IMG/VR virus record: IMGVR_UViG_3300046314_000658
Reading direction: 5' to 3' (one strand)
Length of the DNA: 64,000 nucleotides
Source of the DNA: a virus
Shown here: positions 19,731 to 30,735 of the stretch, in pieces
How positions within the stretch are numbered: position 1 is the stretch's first letter
Layout: every line of letters starts with the position of its first letter
Position numbers and translations under genes: made by a program
The notes under the pieces: model-generated
The model's database searches: none
The model's input: only the letters and a program-made list of their open reading frames with translations
What the model was told of the DNA's origin: nothing

Positions 19731-20744
19731 TATGTACGATACAATCTCTCTCACTCGTGAAGAACTCCAATGTGTAATCGATGCATTGCAGAACTGGCAC
19801 GAACTTGATTCGAGTCACATCGACCGAAAGCTGGCAATGCTAGACTCGAAGAAGGTGCTTAAAATGTTGCAGACGGCTCTACGCTCCTCAACATCACTCC
19901 CCGATGTCATGCAACCTAATGACTACATGATGCTAGATGTTGATGGTAAGGAGCTTACCGTCTGCGCTCATTTTAGTGGCATGGGCATGAAGTGGCCACC
20001 TGTTATCACCTACATCAACGGCAAGACATATAAGTTTCAGTCCAACAAGGCGATGCGCCCATGGATGGCTGGCGAGTTCTCCGGTTGCGCGTCGTATAAG
20101 GAATGTGGTGTTGACGACAAACTTTGATTTAGATATCGTATCCATGTAAACCACTACCGAACTAAAGATTCGGCAGTTTCACGCCGCTCAAACTAAATGA
20201 AAACATCAATCATTCGTGGATACTTTGGTTCGTACAGTGCAGCATATGAATCAATTGGGAAGCGTTTTTTACGAAGCGGGCGGTGGTCAATTCAACGCTC
20301 GAGTGAAAGTGCTCAGCATCCATGGGCGCTGATTTACTATGGAAACTTTTTGTGAACATACGTCATCAGGCCTACCGTGAACAGCGTAATATGTTACTAG
20401 ATGCGCTAGATGATGCTATTGCTTGGGGCCTACGTGATGCTGAGTGTGAACTCAATGAGCAGATTAGTGATTTAGACGACCAGTACTACCAGGAAAACGA
20501 TAATGTCCAAGATTGATGAAGCATTCGCCCGCGCGCTTGATACAGCAGTTCCAGAAACCTGGACTACGCTGGGTCCAGAGCAGTTGGACCAGCTAAAACA
20601 AGCATTCACCAAAGAGTTGTTGCAACTGGCTGTGGACGAATGTAATAAAGTGGTCAAAGCAGTGCCAACGGACAAAGAAGCAATCGCAGCGGCGTTCTGT
20701 GCCACCCGCATCCAAACATTGATGGAATCAACCAAATAAAAGGG

Positions 20745-20772
20745 TTGACTTTTTCTAAAGTGGTGTTATAAT
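20745..20772 (+). promoter_or_regulatory. sigma70-type early promoter
   Basis: TTGACT-16-TATAAT with extended TG. Confidence 0.8.
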
Positions 20773-20798
20773 AGAGTCATCTATTAAGGAACATCAAA

Positions 20799-21101
20799 AT
20801 GCGTGGAAAATATAGCCCAACAGTTAAAGCAGCATATCGAGCAGCCCAAGAATGGTGGATGAAGTATGCATACACCGAAAAACACCCCCGCGAACGTGAA
20901 TACGTGCAGTATGATCCAGAAGGATATGATCGGTATGGGTACAATGCTGACGACACCGACCGTGCTGGAAATCAAGAGCATATTTACTATGCGAACGATC
21001 TTGCAGACGATGGTCTTGATGGTGACTGTAACTACGCCTACGAAGATGCGGAAGGTGAGTGGGGATTTGACGGTACTAAACCAGTGAAAGAATCAAAATG
21101 A
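20799..21101 (+). CDS. conserved acidic phage protein
   Basis: MRGKYSPT..YDxEGYDxYGY..DRAG. Confidence 0.75.
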   Translation: MRGKYSPTVKAAYRAAQEWWMKYAYTEKHPREREYVQYDPEGYDRYGYNADDTDRAGNQEHIYYANDLADDGLDGDCNYAYEDAEGEWGFDGTKPVKESK

Positions 21102-21306
21102 TCGAACTAAACAAACACCCCAGCGGACGCATCTCTAACATGCCTAACATGCTATTCGGGGTGTGCTCTGTTGGAGACGGCCTGATGCGTATTTTCTCGC
21201 TAGGTTTCCTCCACTCGCGTTTCACATTGGAATATTCCCGCCGACAAGCGCAAAAACGCTTCCAGGCCGGTGCTGCACGGGAAGCTGTTGTAATACGAGG
21301 TGCGAA

Positions 21307-21504
21307 GTGACTGATGTTTACGCAATCGCCTTGGTGCGATACTAGGCTGGTGGAAAATCAACGTATAGTACCGGAATCTGTGGGAAACCGACATGCGGCT
21401 ACGGCGAGTTAGATTGCAGTGGTTACTGGGAGTTCCCACTGAATGTTGATCTGTTGACTGAAACTAAAAATCAGGGTACAATATCCTCTAATAACAAAGG
21501 TTGA
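21307..21504 (+). pseudogene. small phage gene interrupted by an in-frame TAG
   Basis: GAGGTG SD and GTG start; TAG at 21343-21345; frame continues STGICG..GYGELD..GYWEFPL. Confidence 0.55.
21454..21482 (+). promoter_or_regulatory. sigma70-type early promoter
   Basis: TTGACT-17-TACAAT. Confidence 0.75.
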
Positions 21505-21507
21505 CTA

Positions 21508-21765
21508 ATGACTGCTCTCACACTACTTGCTCAAATTGAACACGCTACCAAAACTCTATCAACACTGCGAGCTCAGGTGAAAGAGCAGGAGCTTCTTGTC
21601 AAGGAGTTGCAAGACATGCGTGCAGATTGTGAGCACGATTGGGATGTTCCCTTCCCCGTTGGCGAGCACGAGGGTAGGTTGTGTAAGAACTGTGGTATCA
21701 ACGATTATTTCGCACCAACTCATAAAAAATGGGTACAAGAAACACTAGCACAGGTGAGAAAATAA
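21508..21765 (+). CDS. coiled-coil plus Zn-ribbon small protein
   Basis: CEHDW..CKNCG. Confidence 0.7.
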   Translation: MTALTLLAQIEHATKTLSTLRAQVKEQELLVKELQDMRADCEHDWDVPFPVGEHEGRLCKNCGINDYFAPTHKKWVQETLAQVRK

Positions 21766-21768
21766 TTG

Positions 21769-21796
21769 TTGACTTTAGGTTTAAATGGGTGATAAT
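21769..21796 (+). promoter_or_regulatory. sigma70-type early promoter
   Basis: TTGACT-16-GATAAT. Confidence 0.75.
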
Positions 21797-22792
21797 AGAC
21801 CCTAACGCAAACAAATACAAGGATACACAAAATGAGCTTCCGTGATGTAATCAGTGCTCTCGCAATCGGTTTGGTAATGTCTGCACCATTCGTTGTTGAG
21901 ATAATTAAGTCTCTCGCTAAATAATTCTCGGGTTATCCTTTTTTAAATGAATCTTCTTCAAATTTTTCTAATTGCATCCTTGGGTACATTTACTTGGATG
22001 AGCATGCTATGGAGCACGGTTGGTGTTGTAAACATTCTTGTCAAGTTCACACTCATTGCACTCGCAATTGCGGCTGGTGTATTACTTGGTGCAGAGTTTG
22101 GGTTTATTGTAAAGGTCTAGCATGCTACAAATCAGCAATGTTGTGTTTAGTTCAATCAACGGTTCTACACTGGAACTAAGTCCAATGGACGACGTTACAC
22201 CATTAGAATCGGTACGCATTGCCTCTCTACTGACGTTCACATCCGATGCAGGTGCAAGTAGTTGCCTATATGACGTGCAGGCGTACATCAACCAACATAA
22301 CTTACAGCGCCACTTTAAGGAGGTTGCATGATTAATAGTGTGGCAGGGGGTGACAACAGCACGTATGCTCGCATTAGTGAAAAGCTATTGTCCAGCGGAG
22401 TGCAGATCACGCCAGGACGATTTTTATACATTGACGACAACAATCGAGTGCACATTGGGACAAAGTCACTGCACCGTACAGCATCGGCACGTGTGTGGCG
22501 GTTGTTCTGGCGACTGAAACGTAACAGGGTACCACATGCTGACCAACTCTAACCCACCCGAAGACATGCTACTCAACCCACTTGCAGTTGGAGATTATGT
22601 TGTGTTTTACAGTGGAATCTATCAGGTTGTTGGTATTGGAAAAGGTAGACTTTCGCCCCCTGGAGTCGAAGGTCCTGTGCGACTGAAATTGCTTAATGGT
22701 GGGGATACAAATCGCCCCATTACAAAATCTAGCAAAGACGTGGTGAAAGTACCAGCAGCTGATGTCGAGCGACTGGTAGCAGCAATGTCTGT

Positions 22793-23332
22793 TTAGTTAC
22801 CCTTGCGGCCAAATGCGTAGAAGCGGATTGGATCGGTTTGCAACATTCCTGTATTGATACTTTCATACCCCTTTGCGAGTGGAATCAGATACCAACCCAT
22901 CTCGCCACGCACGCAACTACCAGTGTGCAAATCAATTACGTAGCTGAAATTAAAATAGCCATCCTCATTCTGTAAAAAGAATGCACCAGCAACTCCCTGC
23001 TCACCGTCGGCGATGTGGATGTTGCCTTTCTGCACAGTGATTGGTTTAACATTCTGCAACCCAGCAGTCTTTCTGAAACCCCACGCAGCATTCCGAGCAA
23101 TCCAAGTGGTAGCGATTTTATACTTTGACCAAGTTGGGTGCTCTTCCACCCACTGTACGTCATAGCACGATGCGTCAGCAGTCTGGAACCAGTTTAACCA
23201 CGTCGGTAGGTAGCCTGTTTCCTTGTTCACAAATAGTGCAATCAGCCAGCAGAATAGCATAGCGAATAGTGCAAGCACATACGAAGCAAACTGCAGGCAG
23301 ATATATTGAGCGATACGAAATATGGTTTTCAT
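22793..23332 (-). CDS. membrane-anchored phage protein (LPxWLxWFQT..WxxRNxAxGF family)
   Basis: N-terminal TM; the only convincing reverse-strand gene in the early region; CTAAATA upstream at 23364-23358. Confidence 0.75.
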   Translation of the reverse strand: MKTIFRIAQYICLQFASYVLALFAMLFCWLIALFVNKETGYLPTWLNWFQTADASCYDVQWVEEHPTWSKYKIATTWIARNAAWGFRKTAGLQNVKPITVQKGNIHIADGEQGVAGAFFLQNEDGYFNFSYVIDLHTGSCVRGEMGWYLIPLAKGYESINTGMLQTDPIRFYAFGRKGN

Positions 23333-24367
23333 GGTGAACTTTCAGTGGTTGTAACTATATTTAGGAAATCCCTATCAGCCTTTTGCATTAGTGATGGATA
23401 CTGTGTTCAACATAACTCGACGTGAATATGACCACACTTACTGTTTACACATTCGATCTCAATTCATTCAGCGACTTGCATAAGGATAGTTGTGGGTATC
23501 GCTCGAGCAGTGACTACTACGAGTGGCTCAGCTCAGCAACTGACGATGAAAAACAAACTGAGTGGGATCGTCTGCTTGCTGTTATGTCGCGGTGTGAAGC
23601 GGAACGACACGAGTGTGAAATTGCAGCCATTGCACGATTTGAACAGTGTTAAATCAACCACCGCGCGATTGAATAAATAAAATTGAAGTGATTGTAAAAT
23701 TGGAAGAAAAATGGTTAAAGTATCTGCGTTGTTGTATGTGTTTCTTGCTGTATTCTGTCTGATTCTCACTGCGATTGATGTGTACAAAGCAAAACGAACT
23801 TGGGGGGAGCTGGTGGTGATGACAGGTGTGTCACTCGTCCCTGTTTTGAATGTTGTCGTTGCATTCATTTTGATTGAGGATGTGATAATGAGAACTCACG
23901 TCATGAAAAAGAAGGTATTCTAATGCGTGAACACGAAATGAAAATGATTCTTAACTGGATTGGTGCAGGTAATGGCGAGCGCCTAATTACTGAAGCAATG
24001 CTCCGCCAAGCGATTGCTTATGCCTATCAAATGGGAGTTACTGATGGACGTCAATGATATTGCAGTGCAAGCTGGTTTGATCACCAGTGAATACAACGGC
24101 TTTGATCGCACTTCGCTCACACCAGCTGAGAGAAAGTTTGCTGAACTACTCATCGGTGCATGCACGTACGAATGTAAACAAAGTGTATATGATGCAATGA
24201 GTATCAATTTAGACTATCAGTCGTCTACGATCGAGTTTGATCGAGGATTCAAGTCAGGTCGCAAGTTTGGGGCAATGGACTGTGTCCACAGACTCGTTAA
24301 ATCTATTGATACTACCACTGGTTGATGCTGCAGACGCGCACACTTCATAATTTTAACAAGTCAACTG

Positions 24368-24395
24368 TTGTCAAACTTTAAAACCTGTGTATAAT
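24368..24395 (+). promoter_or_regulatory. sigma70-type early promoter
   Basis: TTGTCA-16-TATAAT. Confidence 0.7.
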
Positions 24396-24423
24396 AACTC
24401 CTATCGCAACCATAGGACTCAAA

Positions 24424-24633
24424 ATGCTAAAACAGTTTCAAGTTGGTAAAACATATTACACACGCAGCATTTGTGACAGTGACTGTGTTTGGGGTCACTC
24501 TATTAAAAGTCGTACTGCAAAGATGGTAACACTTGGTAATGGTAAGCGCTTCCGTGTTGCAGTGTGGGATGGTGTTGAAACAATCAAACCACAAGGTTCT
24601 TATAGCATGTGTCCAGTTCTGCGCGCTGCCTAA
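24424..24633 (+). CDS. conserved small phage protein
   Basis: FxVGKTY..RSICDxDC..RTAK..PxGxYSM.P. Confidence 0.75.
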   Translation: MLKQFQVGKTYYTRSICDSDCVWGHSIKSRTAKMVTLGNGKRFRVAVWDGVETIKPQGSYSMCPVLRAA

Positions 24634-25750
24634 CTACAACAGGGGAAACAACATGAACTGCCTTAAAGCTCGAATTGGTGATTACATCCGCATTGATGAC
24701 TGTGTTGCTCGTGTGGATGCGATTAATCGTTTGTCTGATACAGAGACTGAATATCTACTGGATAACGGTACCGCTATTGATGATCGTGACATTAGCATGG
24801 ACGATGTATTGCTGGAAAGTGAACTCTGCTTTGGATAATGTAGAAGTCAACAAATATATTACAGCTCGTGTAAAAGTACTCACTCGCTCACGCGAACCGT
24901 ATGCTGAAACAGATCCACACTACTATGCATTGACTGCAGGTATTTTTGAACTATTGTCACTGCAGCTATATTTAGATAAACAACAAACCTATGAAAATCA
25001 AAATCTCTCACACTGTGCATGAAGAAGTTGAACTATCTGATTATCAGGTGGACGATATTGTGCTCAAAAAGATTGCACGGATGTTAGGTGCGGGTGAGTA
25101 CTTGCGTGAAGTACCGGTTGGTAAAGGCAAGAAGACGAAGCTGGTAGTTAAACAGGACGACCCAGACTGGCGTCACGGCTCGGTTAGTGAATACTACGTC
25201 CGTGATGCGTCCGAGTTGGACATTGCTCTGTTTAAAGTACGTGACGCTATTATTAATTCGCGCCCGGATAAGCCGTAACTCCAATTAAACCAACAATCAG
25301 GAAAATACTGCAATGATTATCGCAAAACACGCGCGAGTTGTACACTCGCCACTGGAACATAGGTTCATGGTGCAATATAAGACCAGGTGGTTTTGTATGT
25401 GGCAAAATGACACGGTGTTTGAGTACTACCCCGAAGGTGGTAAATCGTCCATTCACGGACCACTGGAAAACCAAGCCGAGGCTATGACCAAAGCATCCAA
25501 TAGGGTTGATATCTTGTTAGATCGAACAGTCGTATATGATGATAAACGATAACGCATGGGAACAGATGCGTGCCATAGAGTACGGCCGTGGTTTTGCGGC
25601 AGCGCGCGACATGTTTGCTCAAGATGCAGCCCTAGGTCAAACGGCGATGCGGTTCGTTGACAGGGCTGGTGATGTTCATCCTGGCATTGACGATGCTGAA
25701 ACAATCTGTGCTGACTTTTATAAAGCAATGACAGAAGTATTGGAAAAACA

Positions 25751-26281
25751 ATGGCAACCAAAATAAGCAAGCCTCCAAAGCAACTCTATGTGGTGTCAAA
25801 GAGTGCTCCAGAGTATGAATATCCTGTCGCCGGTGATTGGACGAACCGAATTGAGACGTCCCATAACTTTGGATTTCTCCACCCACACGAGCCTCACCTC
25901 AAAGGTGATGCTAGTCGCAAGGAAACACAACATACTTGGGCATACAGACAAACGCTGTATAAAATCGGTGAACAGTTTTGGGTAAAAGGTACTGAGTATG
26001 ATTATAGTATTCGCCAGAATATTCAATACAACCGACCACTCGAACCAGAGTATGCACCTCGCATTTGGGACAATGTACCACTCACTGGCTTCCGTATCAT
26101 TGATACGGTTAACCGCTATCGTGGCAACAAGTTGTTTAAAGTGATGGACCCACGCGGGGTGGAGTTCGAAGTTACTGTTGCAAGCCTGTTCACGCTGTTG
26201 ATGGAAGGTGAAGTTAAGGAAGGTGAGATTATATCGCCGTGTGTGTGGAAAGCAAACAAGAATCTAATTGTTGTAAAGTGA
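25751..26281 (+). CDS. conserved phage protein
   Basis: DNVPxxGF..DPRGxEFE..G.I..PCVW. Confidence 0.8.
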   Translation: MATKISKPPKQLYVVSKSAPEYEYPVAGDWTNRIETSHNFGFLHPHEPHLKGDASRKETQHTWAYRQTLYKIGEQFWVKGTEYDYSIRQNIQYNRPLEPEYAPRIWDNVPLTGFRIIDTVNRYRGNKLFKVMDPRGVEFEVTVASLFTLLMEGEVKEGEIISPCVWKANKNLIVVK

Positions 26282-26521
26282 AAAGATGAACCCAAATTCA
26301 ATTCTAGATCTCAATGGTTTTGACATTATAGTCACGCCAGATATACCTAAGATGCAATTAAGTGAAGACTGTCCAGTCACACCCGAGCTGCGAATTGAAG
26401 TGAATCTGTGGATGATTGAGTTCTTCGGCACTACGAATATTGTGCCAGATGGTCAGATACTATCGAGTGGCCGCTCAATTTATGTTAATCCGCGCGCCCG
26501 CGCCATGTTGAAAGTATCGTA

Positions 26522-26968
26522 ATGCAATATCGTCTATACTCTTTTGTCGCTCATCACTACTTGAGCCCTCTCCAATGCGGCTTGCAAACTGCACACGTTG
26601 TTAGTGAAATGTCGCGATACGCTAACCCAATTTACTCTGATTGGGCCGAAAACGACAAGACAATCATTATCTGTGGAGCTGGCAATCACGCTGGTGTTAT
26701 GACTGCGTTTAAACAGCTGCGGGCACATAATAACGTACTATCCTATGTGGGTGTATATGAACAACTGCCGCTAGCACTCTTCCTGGAGGACGAGCAATCA
26801 ATGAACCGAATGGCAACTGCGTGTGGCATCGTTGTTCCTGATCGATTTTTCGACGCTGTGTGGAATAGTGAACAGCAGTGTTACACGCCCGCTGATGCAG
26901 ATGCTGATGTGTATACACAAATTGAGCACGACTTTGTCACTTACTTGAAATCGTTTCGGCTAGTATAA
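26522..26968 (+). CDS. peptidyl-tRNA hydrolase (Pth2)-like phage protein
   Basis: LSxxQxGxQxAH..W..KTII..F.E..TAxG pattern. Confidence 0.5.
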   Translation: MQYRLYSFVAHHYLSPLQCGLQTAHVVSEMSRYANPIYSDWAENDKTIIICGAGNHAGVMTAFKQLRAHNNVLSYVGVYEQLPLALFLEDEQSMNRMATACGIVVPDRFFDAVWNSEQQCYTPADADADVYTQIEHDFVTYLKSFRLV

Positions 26969-27254
26969 GATGGCACCAACATTTAACTACGGCGTAGGTT
27001 CGTACTGGGAAGGTGATTCTGGTAGTGTGGGACTGTATGCATACGGTAGTGAGATTCACCACGGCACTATGGCAGAAGCCAACGACTTTCTGGAATACGT
27101 ACGAAGCCAGAAAAAGACCAAGGCTGAACAAGACAAGTACAAAATCTTCATGTTAGTTGAGGTTCCGCAGTGATTGATATGTTATTAATTGTTGGTGAGA
27201 TTGTACTGACATTCTTCGGAATTGTTGTAGTGGCGATCATTCTCGGAAAATTCG

Positions 27255-27282
27255 TTGACCTTTTGTAATTAGAGGGTATAAT
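27255..27282 (+). promoter_or_regulatory. sigma70-type early promoter
   Basis: TTGACC-16-TATAAT. Confidence 0.8.
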
Positions 27283-27314
27283 AAACTCCATCACAAGCAA
27301 AGATGGAGAGTTAT

Positions 27315-27593
27315 ATGAGCTACGTAATCGTGATGAATGCTACCAACCATATTGTGTCAACTCGCACATACGGTAAGGATCGCTATGCCACCGAAGCTGC
27401 TGCAAAAGCAGGTGCTACTCGCCTTATCAAAAAAGGTAAGTTAGTCTCTGGTGCTTTCACCATCTACGAATACAGCAATATGCCTCGCGTTACTCACATG
27501 GTCACCAACCTGATGACCGGTAAAGAGGTCGAAGAAGACGTTAACACGCCGTACTCTTGCAGCGTTGCAAGTGAATCATACTGGAGCGCGTAA
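27315..27593 (+). CDS. conserved phage protein
   Basis: AAKAxxTR..VxNLMTG..E..NTPxxCSxxSExYW. Confidence 0.8.
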   Translation: MSYVIVMNATNHIVSTRTYGKDRYATEAAAKAGATRLIKKGKLVSGAFTIYEYSNMPRVTHMVTNLMTGKEVEEDVNTPYSCSVASESYWSA

Positions 27594-27795
27594 ATGAGAT
27601 TTGCTGCTCAGCGCACGTACAATGGGATCGCATTCTACGGATATGTGTATGGTACAGATACTACTCCATATTGGAGTATGCAATTCTATCGTCAAACTTG
27701 GCACCCTCCAATGAGTGCAAAGCTGCTAGAACTTTAATTAGCTTAATCACAACTTCTTTTTGACATATAATTACGTTTTACTCAAAGGATTTCCC

Positions 27796-28179
27796 ATGAA
27801 AACTATTCGCACTCTCTGTATCCTCATTGCTGCCGCTACACTGGCCACCGCTTCCGTCCACGCTGAATGTTACAGCGATGGTGTCCGCGTCGGTGTAGTG
27901 CAGAAGCTATCGTCCAAAGGGATGGTCAACAAATCCTGGGAGGGAGAGTTGGTCATGGAAGGTGAAAAAATCAAAGGTAATTCAAGCGGTATCAAAGGTG
28001 GTAACGTGTGGAATTTTAGCGTGCTGGACCCTGCTGTTGCAAAAGTGATTGACGAGTCTACGATGTCTGGCGCACCCGTTGCGCTGCGCTACTGCCAGGC
28101 TTCCCCACTAGATGTCACCGTGAAGATGTCCACAGATACGCCTTACCGCATCACACAGGCAGTCATTCGCGCAAAATAA
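27796..28179 (+). CDS. exported phage protein
   Basis: Signal peptide ending VHA; YSxGxRxG..KxSxKG..KSWEGEL..W.FSV. Confidence 0.75.
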   Translation: MKTIRTLCILIAAATLATASVHAECYSDGVRVGVVQKLSSKGMVNKSWEGELVMEGEKIKGNSSGIKGGNVWNFSVLDPAVAKVIDESTMSGAPVALRYCQASPLDVTVKMSTDTPYRITQAVIRAK

Positions 28180-28183
28180 ATCG

Positions 28184-28240
28184 TTGACTTTTTGTAAAAA
28201 CACAGTATAATCTCCGTATTGTAGTAGATACGGAGATTAT
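28184..28240 (+). promoter_or_regulatory. early promoter fused to a 13-bp stem-loop covering the RBS
   Basis: TTGACT-16-TATAAT; ATAATCTCCGTAT-N8-ATACGGAGATTAT. Confidence 0.8.
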
Positions 28241-28244
28241 TTTT

Positions 28245-28484
28245 ATGACATCGTTTGATACGCCAGAACAAGCAGTTGCCGCCGCAGATCTCGATGCAGC
28301 GGAAAGTTGGGAATATCTCAAATTTCGTGGAATGAACTGCAACGACTACTTGAGCGATAGTGATGTCGAATGTGCTGGATGGGACGGTGCAAGTCGTCGC
28401 TGTGATTGTGGTAATCGCCGTGTCAGCTGGTCAACATCCCAAAACGCAGACGGTAAATGGTTAGCATACGCTGAAGCATTCTAA
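28245..28484 (+). CDS. Cys-rich small phage protein
   Basis: GMNC..CxGWDGxSRRCxCGNRRVxW. Confidence 0.8.
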   Translation: MTSFDTPEQAVAAADLDAAESWEYLKFRGMNCNDYLSDSDVECAGWDGASRRCDCGNRRVSWSTSQNADGKWLAYAEAF

Positions 28485-28713
28485 TGAATAAAAAATTTGG
28501 TGCTCTTTGGGCACAAGCTCAGGTAGAGTGCAGTCTACGTACACACCAATTTGCTGATTTTGATTTTGCAGAAGACTATGCAGCAGAAGTGCAGCAACGG
28601 TTTGGTGAACTAATTGTAGAAACGTGCCTCGTGCATGTTGACACTTGGACTGGAACGAAGTATACTCCTGCAACAGACAGAATACTAGCAGGGATAAAGC
28701 AGGAGTTTGGTGC

Positions 28714-29817
28714 ATGAAAATTTACTCAGTTGGTGGACAAGTACGAGACAGGTTGATGCAACGCGAGTCAGTCGACAAAGACTATCTCGTGGTTGGTGCT
28801 ACGCCTGAACAAATGCTCGAACAGTCGTTTGAAGCTGTTGGGGCAGCCTTTCCGGTTTTTTTACATCCAGTCACACGCGACGAGTATGCGCTTGCTCGCA
28901 CTGAGACCAAAGTTGGTGAAGGTTACCAAGGATTTGCGTGCAGGTTTGGTCCTGACGTGACATTGGAAGAGGATTTATTTCGCCGCGACGTTACAATCAA
29001 TAGTATTGCGTATGATGATGAGACTGGTGAATATTTTGACCCGTGCAATGGTCGTGCAGATATTGAGAATAAAGTTCTCCGACACACATCTGCTGCATTC
29101 AGTGAAGATCCACTGCGTGTGATTCGGTTAGCACGGTTTTTTGCTCGCTTTGACGACTTTACAATCCACCAAGATACAGTCAAACTAGCTTGCGCTATCG
29201 TTGAGAGTGGGGAAATGGACACGCTGTCGTTTGAACGGTACTGGGCAGAATTGATGAAGGTGATGAGTGATGCTCGCCCAAATGTTGTCCAATTCTTGTC
29301 TGCACTGTGCAACTTCGGGGCGCTGGCCAAGTGTGCATTTTTTAAAGATGTGTTTGGCACAACACGGTGGGATGTAGTACTAACAGCGAAGGTTGGGCTC
29401 GACTATGAGCAGTATCTGGCAAAAGTTGCAACACATGACCCAGAACTAGCGATTGCAATGTTGGTTGCATTATTTGAGAACAATGCTCCACTCACACACC
29501 AAGCAGTCCCAACGCGCGTATCAAGATTGGTAAAGAATGTGCGAGGGTTTGAATATGATGGTGATGCATACGCAGTGTATAATGCACTGGCTGCCACTCG
29601 CTCACTGAATGAGAAGACAGAAGCACTGACAGATTTGATCTCGTACCTGCGTTTGGTGCCTGGCGCAGAAGCGGCAGACGAATTGGAGTTAGGGTTCAAA
29701 GTAGTGTCAAAAATCAGCGCAGAACCTTTCATGCACTTGGCTGGACCCGAAATCGGTAAGGCGCTAAAACAAGCACGGTTGGCTGCACTGAAAGTCGCAC
29801 TACCTTATAACTGTTGA
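28714..29817 (+). CDS. cca: tRNA nucleotidyltransferase (CCA-adding enzyme, class II)
   Basis: YxVGGxVRD, DKDYLVVG, FPVFL, EYALARTE, EEDLxRRDxTINSIA, FSEDPLRVxRxARF. Confidence 0.92.
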   Translation: MKIYSVGGQVRDRLMQRESVDKDYLVVGATPEQMLEQSFEAVGAAFPVFLHPVTRDEYALARTETKVGEGYQGFACRFGPDVTLEEDLFRRDVTINSIAYDDETGEYFDPCNGRADIENKVLRHTSAAFSEDPLRVIRLARFFARFDDFTIHQDTVKLACAIVESGEMDTLSFERYWAELMKVMSDARPNVVQFLSALCNFGALAKCAFFKDVFGTTRWDVVLTAKVGLDYEQYLAKVATHDPELAIAMLVALFENNAPLTHQAVPTRVSRLVKNVRGFEYDGDAYAVYNALAATRSLNEKTEALTDLISYLRLVPGAEAADELELGFKVVSKISAEPFMHLAGPEIGKALKQARLAALKVALPYNC

Positions 29818-30495
29818 CTTTTTGCAAAAGAGCGGGACAATATACACATCATGTGGATATTAACATTGGTTATTTTGGTAAATGGTGGGACGTCTCCTAC
29901 AAAGTTCGAGACGTCTACATTCACTACGAAACAACAGTGTGAAATAGCCGCAGATAAGCGTGAAACTGATTCGACATACGGATATTGTTCATTTAGTTTG
30001 AGCGGCGGGAAACTGCCGAATCTTTAGTTCGGCAGTGGTTTACACAAGGAACCTAAACCATGATAACAAAATTCGAAGAACTCACTGAACTGGCTGTTGA
30101 GATTCGTCCAAATAACATTATCGACTCGCGTGGCGAGATCATTCACGAAGACTGGGAAGAAGGCGTCAGCCTGTCCAAGTTCGGCACGCTGATTGTGAAT
30201 GAAGCATTGGAAAAACTCCGCCCGTACTTGTTCGACCAGTTCTACGAGGACACGTGCGCGGAGTTGCGCGCTCACTTTGGGATCAAAAATGACTGATCTA
30301 CCATACGAGCAACAAGACCTGGTGTTCCGCTTGCACGAGAGAGCACGCATTCGCCGCCAGATTCCGTCCAGGAAATCTGTCCAAGAGGGTAAACCAGATC
30401 GAATGGCTGACTTACTTGATGAAGCTGCTGCAGAGATTTTGTTCTTACGTAGTGTAATTGAAGCGCGAGCATCAGAACAGTTCTGATGCTCGCCG

Positions 30496-30524
30496 TTGAC
30501 CTTTTTGTGAAATAGTAGGATAAT
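30496..30524 (+). promoter_or_regulatory. sigma70-type early promoter
   Basis: TTGACC-17-GATAAT. Confidence 0.75.
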
Positions 30525-30555
30525 AATCTCACTGACGCAAATAAAGGTTTTCAAA

Positions 30556-30735
30556 ATGAGTTATCAAGTAATGCCAATACAAGATGAATACGAACCTCGT
30601 AATGGAATGGAAGGTCCATTTCGATACAAAAGTGGTGCTGTATTGTATTACGATCCACGAGAAGGTGCGTACTATAATCCACGCACCGACTTCTATCTGA
30701 CGTATGAAGAATTTCGATTGATTGCAGGAGAATGA
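30556..30735 (+). CDS. conserved 59-aa phage protein (absent from ORF track)
   Basis: Translated by hand: PRxGxEGPF..GxVLYYDPxEGxYY..TDFYL. Confidence 0.7.
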   Translation: MSYQVMPIQDEYEPRNGMEGPFRYKSGAVLYYDPREGAYYNPRTDFYLTYEEFRLIAGE

